The notes: generated from the letters alone by a model not told the origin. 64,000 nucleotides of DNA from Perna viridis (GCA_037379345.1 CM074513.1:434001-498000), one strand, 5' to 3'; counted from the stretch's first letter, positions 1 through 12,890 are shown. Translations and numbers: made by a program.

Positions 1-25
1 AATATTATTCAAAATATTTTTACTA

Positions 26-98
26 AACTTAGTTTGTATTCACATGTAAGTTTAGTAAAATATTTTTACTAAACTTACATGTGAATACAAACTAAGTT
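26..98. repeat. Perfect 35-bp inverted repeat with 3-nt spacer
   Basis: 26-60 is the exact reverse complement of 64-98; 11-31 is directly repeated at 57-77. Confidence 0.95.
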
Positions 99-147
99 CT
101 TAAAGAATACACTGGAGCCCTGCATTAATTTAATAGGTAATCAGACT

Positions 148-238
148 AAGATCTGAAACCAGTAAACGTACATCACGTGGGTTATCTACTCCAAAGATCT
201 GAACCCAGTAAACGTACAACTCGTGGGTTATCTACTCA
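148..238. repeat. Tandem duplication of about 46 bp
   Basis: AAGATCTGAA.CCAGTAAACGTACA...CGTGGGTTATCTACTC occurs twice. Confidence 0.85.
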
Positions 239-358
239 GAAAAGTTGCAATTGCACATCAGCTCGCTGTTTAATTTCTCAAGAGGAAATACACTCATTTT
301 GGGCATTGTGTTTCCGTGAAAGTGTCGATAATTACTGTACTTCTTTGCTTTTGATATA

Positions 359-2340
359 CAGATGCGATCACTTCTAACCTCTGTTAAATTCTGTCAGAAT
401 CTGTCAGGATTTCTGTTCTACGACAGCAGATAGAACAGAAATCCTGACAGATCCTGACAGAGGCTGTCCTGGGTCAGGACACATTTTGCCCAATCCCTGA
501 CAGATCCTGACAGAAACTGTCCTGGGTCGTGACAAAGAAAATTCGAAAAGCTGTTCTAAACTGTCATACCCCTGGACAGTTCTTGATTATGACACTGAAT
601 CTTTTTATTCTATATGACGTAATTTAGAACAGGAAGTCCGCGATTAATAAATGAAACTGTGTGACGAATGTACATTAGCTAACCCGATTAGGAAAAAAAT
701 CTTGATTTAAAAATTTACATTGAATTTTCAATTATATATATAGAGCTCGTCGTGATCATCATCCCACAAACACTCGATCGTTGTTTATGATCCAATTTCC
801 GTCGATTACGGTCCGGTCTATCATCGTTCAAAAATTATCATTGTTTACATGCCTTTAGATGTTTGGTAATTCTCACGAAGTTCAAGATTGATAAAGTACT
901 TTTTGAGTAAGAACTACTTTTAATAATATACGTATCACAAATCATTCTAAAAAAATGTTAAAATTGACAATTTTAGCATTAAATGGGTGACTTATACCTA
1001 AATATTTCGGTCGAAATTCTTCAAAATGTCACTTTTAGCAAACTAATATGAGTGTGAACACTTCCAATCTCCATACAGTCTTTTATGTAGAAATGTTAGT
1101 TTCATTTTAGTTACTGTGGGACCTTTATTTCAGTAAAACTTTTGCAAAATGTGCAAGCAGTTTTATTTTTGATAAGGGTCTAAAACTATTGACTAAATAC
1201 AACTGTCATGTGGGTGACTCTGACACATATATTTCTGTCAAAATTCTTCAAAAATGTCATATTCCAGCATATGTATGAGTGCCCACACTTTTAATTTCTA
1301 TGATGGTCTAAAATGACTAGTGACTAAAATGCTAATTTGTTTTTCAATATAACTATCATATAATGGCTGTGACCTATTAATTTGAGTCAAAATTCTTCAA
1401 AAATGTCATATTCTTGCAAAATATGTAAGTGTGCCATCTTTAATTTGCTTGGTGGTATGAAATTAATGACTAAAGTGCTAAATTTTTCAATATAAATATC
1501 ATGTGGTGGCTGCCACACATTTTTTTTAGTCAAAATTCTTTAAAAATGTCATAATTCTTTAAAAATATCATATATTTTTCCAAAATGTATGAGTGCGAGC
1601 ACTTTTGATTTCCATGAGAGTCTAAAATTATTGACTAAAATACTATTTTCCATGTGGGTGACTGTGACTAATATATTTCAATCAAAATTCTTCAAAAACG
1701 TATATATACATACATGTAGTAAAAATTCTTCAAAATGACATATTCTTTCAAAGTGTATGAGTATGAACACTTTAAAGTTCCATAAAGGTCTAAAATTTCT
1801 GTATTAACTGTTTAAAATTGTCAATATATAAAGGTACTCTGTGTCATACCGGTGCTTAGATTTGCAACCAAAACGAATTCAGTCTAAATTCTTCAAAGTA
1901 AGGGGCGTAACAATGCAAGTACGACAGGCAATAATTTTTGTTGGTACCGCATGCCATACATAAAAGTCGGGTAAAAACTGAAAAAAAATCAAGTTTAAAC
2001 ATAGCAAGCTGAGGCTTCCTTCTCGTCGTACGAATGGTGATTCGGGTGCTACGCCTTTTTTTCGTAATCATGTACTTGTACTGTATGTAATTCAGCCAGA
2101 GAAGTATTCTCGAGCTAATGACTGTCAGAATCTGTCAGGAACTCTTCTAATCCTCGTATCTGTTCTACCTATAACAGTTCCTGACAGGAGGGTGTCAGGA
2201 CCCATGACAGAGCTTGTCCAAGGTCATAACAGGTCCTGACAAGGTGTGTCGCGGGTCAGAACAGTTTCTGACAGTTTAGAAGCGTTCTATGACAGCGAAT
2301 CATGACAGGTTCGAAGAGAGGTTAAAAGTGATCGCATCTG
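359..2340. mobile_element. Non-autonomous TIR DNA transposon, Tc1/mariner-type ends
   Basis: 24-bp TIRs CAGATGCGATCACTT(C/T)TAACCTCT (23/24 match), TA on both flanks (357-358, 2341-2342), subterminal CTGTCAG/CTGACAG repeats, no transposase ORF. Confidence 0.88.
1010..1795. repeat. Degenerate internal tandem repeat (~145-150 bp period) inside the TIR element
   Basis: Recurrent CAAAATTCTTCAAAAATGTCATATTC..GTATGAGTG..GGTCTAAAA near 1014, 1240, 1388, 1531, 1683. Confidence 0.75.
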
Positions 2341-3091
2341 TACATGTAACTAGTGTACACATGCTTAAAACAAGACACATGAGCTGTTCATCTGAGTCGT
2401 AGTTTGTACTATGGATTCCTGGTATGATGTTGTGCAACTCGGAACTACAAGGAATATACATGTAATACTACCATGTTTACAGTTGTTATTTATATTGTTG
2501 ATCAATTAAGTACCATTCAGTACGTGTATCAGGCAATGAGTGGCACATCATTTTTTCTCAAGTTGATTTTTTTGCCTCAAACATATTCAAATACACCTAG
2601 AAAACAATTGAAACGTTATTTAAATTTATCCTTAAGCATTCGTGAGATAGATATTTTTTGACTGCTTATTTAAGGAAAAAGCTCAGGAAAATTTTCCCGC
2701 CATTTTTCCATAGTGCATTTCAACTAAATTTGATCTATCAATATCTTAAAAGGGCAAACTTTACAAACATTTTGACAGTTATTTCTTGAGGTTATGAGAT
2801 ATAAATACTTGAATAATGCAATAAAATCTTTGAGTATTTTTCTGCATGTGCCACACCTTATACATATTTTGCCTGATTCTTAGACAAAAAAGTACTTAAA
2901 TACTTGTTGATTCACGAATGTTATTCATATTTTAAAAGATTAGTTGGTAGTATATCAACTAATCATAATGATAGCGATATCGATGACGCAATGACTTGAT
3001 GACTGGAGGGGGTCATTGATGAAGTAGTTGATGTTGGGAGAACGTAGGGGTTGTTTGATTTATTTTTTATGGTTTTATTCCTGGGAGAAAC

Positions 3092-3212
3092 AGATTCTCT
3101 TTCATTTCTCTCGGGGATTAAGGGATTTCTTCACTCTCGATAGTTAAATTTTAGATTGTAACTATCTCAAGTGGAGAAATCCTGTAATCGCCTCGAGGCT
3201 GAAGGATAATCT
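3092..3212. mobile_element. Short imperfect palindromic (foldback/MITE-like) element
   Basis: GATTTCTTCACT..GATAGTTA pairs with TAACTATC..AGTGGAGAAATC, with further outer pairing. Confidence 0.55.
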
Positions 3213-3803
3213 ATATTTCTACTGGAGTAAACTATGTCAGTTTATCTTGCAATTTGATTGGTCAGCTTGGCAGGAAATCATATGTCCCCATGGTGGACTC
3301 AGGGATGTTGAAGCGGATCAGTTAAGTATTGCTTTTGAGCAATAAAGAGTTAAAATAAAAATTAGTACCCAATTATTATTGTGTAAAAATGTATGAAATT
3401 CATGACAAACAGCGTGTAAAAAAATTCAATGATTGAGATAGACATCGCTTATATTGAACATGCACTCAAATACTTAGAATGTAGACATGTTTCTACATGT
3501 ATGATATTTAATGGATATGAGCTCATGCTTGTTCCACATTCTTATTGTTCATCACCTGTTTTTGTATGTTGTTTTATATGTTTGTTTTCTCTGGTTTAGA
3601 TGTCTAACTTTGATACGACAGAACAAGTGATTTAACAAATCGTTAGATGAGAAGATATTACGTTGATATGACTATAAATTAACCGCTATCTTCTTTCATC
3701 TTTAGCTAAATGATCATGCTCCACTATTCTGTATGGTTCTCTATTGTACAGTATATTCTGATCGAGCCTTGACGTCAAATATTGGTTAGAAAGCATATTG
3801 TGT

Positions 3804-4240
3804 AGCTTGCCGAAACTATGCAGACTTTGGTGTCGCGCAAGCTAGACTTCTTAAAAGTAGGCATCTGGAACAGAGTTATGTTGCTACAAGATTGAAATCA
3901 TCACTACAGTAGTTTTATTGTCGCCATCATGAACTCGTGGATCGTTACGGTGTATCCATCTGCGCTATGAAAATTGATTTGTTCAACGGGTCATAGTTTT
4001 CCTTTCCTCGTTTGTCTACCCCGGACTTGACTTTTTATGAGCAGCTCGGCGGGTGTTTCTAGAAAAGCAGAGGACGCTTACCCTACCGGTGCACCTGGTC
4101 CATGCTCCCAGTTTTTAGTGGAGTCCGAGTTGCTCATTTGCTTTTGTTACTTTGTATGCATTATTTTTGTTACTTTATGTTCTTTGTTGTGTTTTCCATG
4201 TCTGGTTTTTGTCCCTGGATTACATTCTTTTAATTGCTTT
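3804..4240 (+). mobile_element. Penelope-like element 3' fragment (RT C-terminus and 3' UTR)
   Basis: Degenerate ..GYVATRLKSSLQ..RHHELVDRYGVSICAMKIDLFNGS* (TAG near 3996), then a UTR matching copies at 56.6-57.0 kb and 63.3-63.6 kb. Confidence 0.85.
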
Positions 4241-5263
4241 AGAGACAGTCCTTATGGACCAAGGTTATAAAAAATACACCTTATACGCTGCTTTAAAAAT
4301 GTCGTATTTCTTGTATTTCCTATATACAGATCTTATTGAAAAATATTCTGTTTCTGACAAATAGTTTAAAGATGATGGAATCTCATTATATTTTTATCTA
4401 ATGTTCTTGTAGTTTTTACTTGTTCAATATTATTTTTATCTTTTTGAACTTAACAAGTCTTACGTACAAATTTCAAGACTTATTTTGAATTGGCTCAATA
4501 TAATTGTTTTTAGTTTCTTTTATTTTCACATATTAACCAACTACCCAAAATACGTTAAAATAGGTGAAAAACTGACCAATTGATATGAATTCAAACCGGG
4601 CATCTATACGGGGCCAATACAAGAAAAGAGGGCCAATATTGATTAAACCAGGGCCAATACGGCATCAGAACTTCCAGTCGTTTGAAACCGCCATTTCGAA
4701 TTAGATATTCTCACTTCATTATCCTGCTGGATGATTTATGCATATGTACCTTAACATGTAATATAAATAAGAAACTTAGAATAATGTAAGAAAACTTTAT
4801 TTTGATTTGGCATGTCATTCAAATACAATCACAAGCTCTAAGGAGCTTCAGACCAAATATGAAAACATTCATTTATGACATAAACAAGACAAACTAGAAT
4901 CAAAGGATGTGCACATAGAAAACCAAGAAAAAAAAAGGAATCCAGCATAATTATGATATGCAAACCAATAATTTAGTATACCTGGCAGGCCTATTGTAAT
5001 GTCTAAAACAAAAGAGCATAATATACCTTCAATTGCACATTTGTATATCTAAAATGTGCTTTCAGAATTGCGTTATTTCAGGAACTTTGATCACCAGGTC
5101 TAAAAGTAGCAGGAACACACAAAAATCTTCAATTTTATACAAAAGGATACTTAAGACTGATTAATGCAAATTAACCTACAAGTCATTTCTAAGACATGAA
5201 AACAACTGTTCTACAAATCATCTAGTTGAGTTGGTTAATAAACTTGTCAATAAATATGTATTC

Positions 5264-5349
5264 GGTCGATCATATTGGCCTCGACAGCCGTATTGGCCCT
5301 CGGCGATGCCTCGGGGCCAATACGACCGTCTCGACCAATATGACAGACC
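5264..5349. mobile_element. Palindromic element centred on CCTCGG-CGATG-CCTCGG, resembling Crypton-type non-autonomous repeats
   Basis: TCATATTGG..CGTATTGGCCC / GGGCCAATACG..CCAATATGA arms; GGGCCAATA occurs three more times at 4611-4659. Family assignment is from recall only. Confidence 0.5.
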
Positions 5350-6763
5350 TCAAACCTATAGCAGTTCTAATATGAAATTACATAATTATTAACATATATT
5401 ATTCATTGTTCATATTTGAGTATTGATTTTACTGATTTTGATCGGTGGTAATTTATTCTGCCCGTATATGGTGAAATATGCTAGAAATAATAAATCATAA
5501 TGGATAATGGATAGGTTTAGCGCGCTACAAAACTTTGTTGAACCCACCATTCTTGTAGGAAATACCTGCACCAAGTCGGGACTATTGCGGTGATTTCCGG
5601 TATTAACCCTTTTATTGATTTTTTTATACGGACTTGCCCTTTGACTATTGTCTAGATTTTATCAATTCGGTAATTTTGTTTTAACCCTTCATGTAATACA
5701 AACGGATCACTATAACTTACAACTGGCATTTTGTTTGGAAGTATTAACTAAAAATCTTTTATCGATAATGTCTTACTTCCTCACCTCTTAAGTTCATATA
5801 AAATTCAGACATTGCCAATGGTAGAGGTGATTGTGTAAAACAACCCACCCAACATATGATGACTTTTTATTTGTTCTACGTATATGTATATTATATTTTC
5901 GCGTTACGATAGTCCTGTATTTTTGAGAAGCCATGATATATTTGTACATTCATCTCCTTTATAAATCATACAAATCTACAAGGATAAATTTTGTAAAGTG
6001 AAAAATCAATACACCTCAAATATGCAACAACGACATACTAAGTTCCATTATTTGGTGTATACATGTACATGTACCTATTTCTGAATCAAAAATAACAGTG
6101 CATTAGGTTACATGTATGAAAGACAACTTTTCTGGTTTTTTTTTATAAAGACTGCAATTTAATCAGAACTTTTCAATCACAAGTTAAGACTCCTTGTAAA
6201 TTACTTGTTGAAAATGAAAAACCTCTACCTTGAAAAAAATATCATATTTCTGAACCAAAAGTATCATCCCATGTGTATTCTTACATAAATATGTCAATAG
6301 TTAACACATCGAGACATTAATGTAAAGTTATCTCATTGGATTAATTGTAACAATAACATGTCCGTGAGTATGATATGAAGTTCATGCTTAACCCGGACAT
6401 GTTGTATCTATATTGGATTGAAATCGTTCGTTACGTTTCTCATATAAGCTCTGATTTTAGCAGATAATTTTAACTAGATTGATAAGCTATTTTGAGTAAA
6501 ACTGTGGAGGTATGAAAAACAATTTAATCAAAGCACAATTCCATCATTATAATATACATGTAATTTCAAAAATTCAACCGCTGAAATGTCTTCAGTAAAA
6601 TGATCTTCAAAGAAGTTAACGAGTAGTTGGAAGTAAATCTTCCAGAATAAATTCGAAGATTTCATTCAGTTCAATGCTCGATCTCTGTTTTCAGAAGGAG
6701 ATATGGCGTCACTATAGCACTGCCTCCGTAATTACATTGTAGTTGATTTAAATATATCAAAAC

Positions 6764-6969
6764 AATTGTTCTAAGGATATGATGTGACCAAGCTAGAATT
6801 GTTCTAAGGATATGATGTGACCAAGCTGGAATTGTTCTAAGGATATGATGTGACAAAGCTAGAATTATTCTAAGGGTATGATGTGACCAAGCTAAAATTG
6901 TTCTAAGGATATGATGTGACCAAGCTGGAATTGTTCTAAGGGTAGGATGTGACAAAGCCAGAATTGTTC
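6764..6969. repeat. 33-bp minisatellite, about 6 copies
   Basis: Unit AATTGTTCTAAGGATATGATGTGACCAAGCT(A/G)G. Confidence 0.95.
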
Positions 6970-8139
6970 GTGTAAACTTTTACAATAGCAGAGAACTTGG
7001 GGTTAAAATGTAGAACAGTGTTCGACCATTCCATTTTTGTCCTCGGACAAATTTCGTTCATAACACTGAAATTCCTTTTTATACAAATATAGATTTTATG
7101 ACAACTGTACATGTACACGTATAATGTACTTAATCCAGTTAAGAAAAAATAAAAATTTCATGTCTGTCTAGATGTAATTTTGTTCATAGAGGTCATGATG
7201 CCATCCTTAAACGCTAGTGAGAAATCTTTTTTCAAGACATGATACAATTTTGTATATTATACATGTAATACAAAAATTAATTAATGTAAAAAAGCTCGAA
7301 TGCGCACCAAAGCATCTTACTGCCTTCAGTCTGCCTGAAAATCTTGCATAGTCAACTTCAAAATGGTTTGACAGATTTAAGCTATTTGAATACACAAGTT
7401 AGATAAATGCAATAAAATTAGTTGCCTCATACAAACAATGATCGAATACAGAAGATGCCAAAACACGGAAACAAATGTTAACAACAGTGACACTTGAACC
7501 TTTATTGTAATACATATTTTTTTATCTGACATACACTAGATGTGAAAGTCTTACCGGTTCATATCATACAATGAAGCAATTTCAGCATTTCTGTTTATTT
7601 GCTACAAATGTTGGATTTTCGAAAAGTTAAGATATGACTGACTTGACAAACAGATTTTGATTAGTGTACTATTCTACTAAATATAGTGCAACGCTTTAGT
7701 TCTTTGTTATACACATTCAATTAGAAAACGAATGTATCAGCAATCAAAAAAAAAAACACAACTAAAACCTCGGGGCAAAAATAATATAACAAAACTAACA
7801 CAAAGCTTAATCTAAACCAACATGCAATGTATAGAAATCATTGGAAAGTAGATAGCTAATCAAAGACAAAACTACAAGTAATCTATAAATCACTATAAAT
7901 CAATGAGAATTTATATAATAATGAATCAAAGACAAAACTCTATACAAAAAATAAGCAACATACAGAAATCATGGCATAGTGCATAATTATCAATATAAAA
8001 ACGAAAAATTCGTTAATTGGCGGAAAGGCACGCAGTTTCTTCTTTTGTAGAAAGCACACAGGATATCGCTAAAATGATATTTCTAATAAGAACGTCAATC
8101 AAACCTTCTTTTCGATGATGAAAATATTCAATGATGCAA

Positions 8140-8208
8140 ACAGTAGGGGCAGATAAAAGAGGATACCGGGCTTTCAGTAGGGACAGATAAAAGAGGATGC
8201 CGAGCTTT
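8140..8208. repeat. Tandem duplication of about 34 bp
   Basis: CAGTAGGG.CAGATAAAAGAGGAT.CCG.GCTTT occurs twice. Confidence 0.85.
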
Positions 8209-9990
8209 TATATGTTAAATTTTGCACAAGATTTACAAAGTTTTTTCTACCAATTGGAAGAGGGAGGGAGGGTCAATTCGATTATTTCTTTTTTTCGCTC
8301 AGTTCCAACTTTATCATTTCGTTGTTTCGGATTCGGACATCCTCATAGCTGATTTTAAGTAAAACCAGAGATTTGCACTATGATCCTGTTTACATGGCGG
8401 TGGCAGTTATATGTGGTACATTTATGCGGTGTTTCTGACTTCTACTATAATAAATATGTAAAGCTATATTTATATGCTCTCTAATACAAACGTACTGAAT
8501 CCCTCTTGTCCTTAAAATGCGCATAAATTCGAGTCGTTCACGTTTTCTTCGATTGATATTACAATTTCTACCTAATGGAAACATATGGCATTCGTGGTAG
8601 TTTATTAACTTCTACAGGGTGAAATGTATTAACGCAAAAAATTCAGCGATAAGAACACTGTTAAATCAAGGTGGTCTCTCCATGAATTTTGTAAACTTTA
8701 ATAGAATATAAACAAACCCGTTGTCATCAATCTTCACAAAACACATTTAATGTAAGTCCAACAAAAGTCACAATATTGAACTTTTTATCCGATCATTCAA
8801 CGCAGGTATTTTTCATCGAGGAAGGGATTAAGACAAGGTGTACAATTTATTCTTATCATTTTCTTAAGCTTATAGGTCGCCTTTTGTTGTTATTGGCGAA
8901 GCAATAGGATTCTACTTTGTTTTATTCTGTGCATGTTTACGGCTTATCCCAACGACTGAGTGTAAGTACACTGTTATGCTTACAATTATAGTAAGAAGAC
9001 ATTATTCTTTCTTTTCTATGTACCTTAATCCTTTTATGACTGATCTGTGAAATTCAGGTTCATGGGTAATGTATGAATTATTGGTCAAATTATTGCATGC
9101 AAACGGAGTTCATTAGAGTTGTTTCTTTTTATACAAGTCGTTTATCTTTCGGTTATACGGAAAGTTTTTTTTTTAGCTGGGCAAAAAATAATAAATCATA
9201 TAATAGCATCACTTTTAACTTCTGAACTATTATTGTTCATTAACCAATATATATAGATGATTAAAAAAAGATCAATGTTATGTTTCGCCTAGGTTATGTC
9301 CCTTGTCACAGTATCCGTCTTTAGGCTTTTATAGAATATTGAAGTCCATAGCTGTACTTACATGTAACCTTCCAAAATCTTAACTGAAGGAAAATGTTAC
9401 TGTGTAAATGGCTGTAAACATTGATTATGCTGGAAGGAAATTTAGGGTTGGTATTTGCAAGATTTTTACAACTGCCGTTTCACTTTTCTTATCTACTAAT
9501 TCTATGTCATTGACTTTGCAACTTTTGATCTTCACGTACAACGCCACAAATGGAAAGTTAGTCCCTACTTTATCTCATGCCAAATATGTGTAATGTTTAT
9601 ACATTAAATAACAACATCAAAGAATAGACTTTGAACTTTAAACAAATAAAAGAGCAATTTGAGTTAAAATCCACACAATACAAATAATCGACTCCCCAAG
9701 CCTACTTACAAATGACTTGAATTCAGCTATCAATAGTTATACTTTCTTGAAAAGAAACAAGTAGTTCAAAACTTTTTGTTCTTCTTGCATAATCGTTTAC
9801 ATACTGTCAGCACCGACACAAGCCGAGAAACTTTAAGTTTGTTCGCATACATGTACTGTACATTAATGGAAAGTTATCCTTTTTTATAAATAGACAAAAT
9901 CTTTAGGTGTTTAGTTCGGGTTCGTATTGCTCGTTTTCAATTCTTTTGAGATGAACCATTTTTTCGTATTTTGTCTCTTGCGTTCATTTG

Positions 9991-10145
9991 GTATTCCGGG
10001 CGTTGTCTTGTTGAAAGATTCTCCCTTGGTTGTATTCCCGGCGTTGTTTTGTCGAATTATTCTCCCTTGTTTGTATTCTCGGCGTTGTCATGTCGAAACA
10101 TTCTCCCTTGTTTGTATTCCCAGCATTGTCTTGTCGAGAGATTTG
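9991..10145. repeat. 41-bp minisatellite, about 3.7 copies
   Basis: GTATTCCCGGCGTTGTCTTGTCGAAA.ATTCTCCCTTGTTT starting at 9991, 10032, 10073, 10114. Confidence 0.9.
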
Positions 10146-10219
10146 GTTATACTTTCGGTATTACTACGGTATTGATAACTAGAGTAACTTCAAAAATAAC
10201 ATTGATTCTCCTTTCTTAC

Positions 10220-10736
10220 TGTCCCATGCGGGTCCGGATGTCAAAAGAATATACCCGCTATGCTTGTCGTAAAGACGACTAAATAGTGCTCAGAAGCCTG
10301 GCCAGGGGCTAGAGCGTTCTGCTCACAGAACAACTAAGTTATGTGCCCCAGGTGGTGGAATGGGGCACCCCTTGCATGTTAAAGGCAATTGCACGGAAAC
10401 CCTGACCACAAACCATAGTGATGCACCGTGCTGGGAAAGATATACCTTCGCACGTTAAGGAACCCTGCTCTTGTATTCGCTAGGAGTAGGAACCTTTGCG
10501 CTTTAGGAGACTAAATTGCACGACCCTACATCCTCTCCCAATTTCTAGTAGCAATTAAAATTTGTGTATCCTTGTAATCTTGTGTCCCTTCCTACATTAT
10601 TCATGTATAATATAGATCTATATATTTCATTTCATTATCACTTCATGTTCATTTTATCATCCATTTCATGTTCATCGCCCGGATATAGCTGAAATATTGC
10701 TGCTTGTACGTTAAACACCAAATGCAACAATCAACC
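10220..10736 (+). mobile_element. SINE-like non-autonomous retroelement
   Basis: GC-richer island with TGCTTGTCGTAAAGACGACTAAA head, GCACGTTAAGGAACCC core and GATATAGCTGAAATATTGC..CGTTAAACACCAA..CAATCAA tail, resembling molluscan SINE modules (recall, not searched). Confidence 0.6.
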
Positions 10737-11939
10737 TTTCTGGCTACCATGTATTATTGCTTTTAGTATTATTTGATCTGTACATATACTCATCCTTATT
10801 GTACATGTATATAATACTTAGACTTCCTATAACGAAGTAAATTGTTCCAATAGTGATTAAAGTTTGTGTGTAACTCGTTTTCTATTACTTACATGTAATA
10901 CAACGTTTTAAAAGTATAATCGTGTACATGTAGTGGCAGGCCCAGGAGAGGATTATGTACATGTAGTTACAGAACCAGGGGAGGATTATGTACATGTCTA
11001 GATCCGCTCCTGTACACGTACACAATTATTTGTACATCACCTGCTCTTTGGGGACATTTCTTACATGCACATGTAGCAAAATGTAATAAATTGAAAGTAT
11101 GGAGTTATCAGAAACGAATTAGAGGCTAGGTAGAAATGAAAATGGTGTTTTCATTCAAAGTTAATATCCGATAAAAACGTTTAATTTTTGCCAATGTATA
11201 TATTCAAAATGTGTTTTGAATTCACAACCCCAATTGACACCGAGCTATGAAAACTGTATCTTTAATGTGATATTATTTTTGTATAGGATTAGCGATATGG
11301 CCAAATTTCAACATTGCCAATATTAAAGAGACTTTAACACGTTAAGTTTGACAGTCTGTCGATTAGGTTGTTTGTTTCACATTTGTAAGGGAGTAAACAT
11401 GTTGTATAATAACAGGTCAAATGGATATTTCCGATTCATGACTTTATACTTTATACAGTTGCATTTTAAAAATATATACAGCTTTGGTCTGGATTTGTTA
11501 AAATTTGTCACAAAAACAAAAATGAATTTATAGTATGCAATATTCTGATAACCTAGATATAATAAATACGTACATGTATATTAATCTTATAGAGGGGGAG
11601 AAAACACTTTTTTTTTTCATTTCAAATCACTCTGGTCAGATAATGATGCTTTTGTATAATTTTAATAAACACATGTAATTCGATTTGCTGTATGTGAAAA
11701 ATAAATTTTTTAACATTGTGAGAATACATGTACATATTTTGATCCGAAAAAATCTTCCAAGCCGTTCTTTTCAAATGATCGTTCCCCATAAATAAACTCT
11801 AAAGGGCTGCATATTTGATAGTGGGAGCAAGACGCTGTTGAATTGGTGTGTAAAAGCTTCATAGCGTCTTTCGGCCAGTTCAGACGGAATGTTTGTATTA
11901 TATACACCGAGTGTGATATCCTACATCGTTGAGAAATAT

Positions 11940-12247
11940 TGGGTCTGTCAGTCTGGTTCTAGTTTCATTTACCTTACCGGAGTTTCAGATGTAGAATGTA
12001 TTGAAATACGAAGACCAGCCTGAATTTTATTGTTTACATCTAGGATCACGAAACGCTGCATTGCAATGCAAAATCTTCAATGTATTGCTTTTTTCATTTT
12101 TATCATGTAGAAAGATGTATTTGTCCTTTTTATCGATATTTTAGACAGGCAGATGATTATAAATTTATAATTGAAATCAACGCTCTCTAAATGTCATAGT
12201 TGTCATGTATTTGAAAGGTAGAGTAGGACCCATTCTCGTGAAACCAT
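11940..12247 (-). repeat. Dispersed repeat; inverted diverged copy at 24875-25172
   Basis: Shared blocks CACGAGAATGGGTCCT, GAAGATTTTG.ATTG.AATGCAGCGTTT, AACAATAAAAT, AATACATTCTA. Confidence 0.8.
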
Positions 12248-12694
12248 TGAGTTGTATACTGTAGTGGTATAGACCTGACAACTACATGTATAGACAATGA
12301 TACCACATGAAACCTACTGGACTTTCAAATGAAGCAGATCAGCTTGCTCCTCTATATTTGGCTCTGTGTCATCTTTGTCCGCTAATATCAGTATGCTTCT
12401 TTCAGTCACGGTGTTACACGTGTATACTCGATATTATAGTAATAAACAATTGGGTGTTCTTTACAGCACTTGTCTAAAGGTTTGGTGCGGTTACAACTGA
12501 ACTAAGAAGACTATTCCATACCTCAGCCACTCGACTGGAGAAATAATATATATAATGTATATCTAGTCTTCTTTTCTTTGTTAACTTCAGGGAGGAACCT
12601 CTAGTGATGTCATTGTTTAGAGTAAATATTAAACCATACATGTAGGTGTTACTCTCACGTCTTGTTCAAAATCTAGTTTCTGTCATGCCACCGC

Positions 12695-12890
12695 TCAGTG
12701 TTGGTAACTTAAATACTTTTAATCTATCCTCGTATAAACGATCTATCAGATTCGGTAGCATTTTTGTGGCTCAACGCTTGACGATTTCGATAGCGTCAAT
12801 GTCTTCCTCCAGATGAGGATGCCATATTATATACACTACTTGCCTATTCTAAGTGAGGACTCACAGTGATTTGAAAAGTAGGCAGAACGT
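12695..12890 (-). mobile_element. CR1/L2-group LINE relic (ORF2 region after RT)
   Basis: Minus strand reads, with frameshifts and stops, LFKSL..PHLE..WHPHLEEDIDAIEIVKR*ATKMLPNLIDRLYEDRLKVFKLPTL, matching the VRPHLEY..VQRRATK..YEERL motif. Confidence 0.85.

Noticed and set aside
4037-4137. SECIS element or HDV-like ribozyme in the PLE UTR
   Set aside because: The ATGA is fully Watson-Crick paired rather than in a GA quartet, and no convincing P2/P3/L3 arrangement fits.
4037-4364. ORFs MSSSAGVSRKAED.. and the similar ORFs at 56511-56947 and 63243-63526
   Set aside because: Chance frames in the Penelope 3' UTR; they recur only because the repeat recurs.
6671-6955. ORF with 11-aa repeats (WSHHILRTILA)
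   Set aside because: Translation of a 33-bp minisatellite; no splice or domain support.
9927-10282. ORFs of 82 and 103 aa
   Set aside because: They span a 41-bp minisatellite and the head of a SINE-like element.
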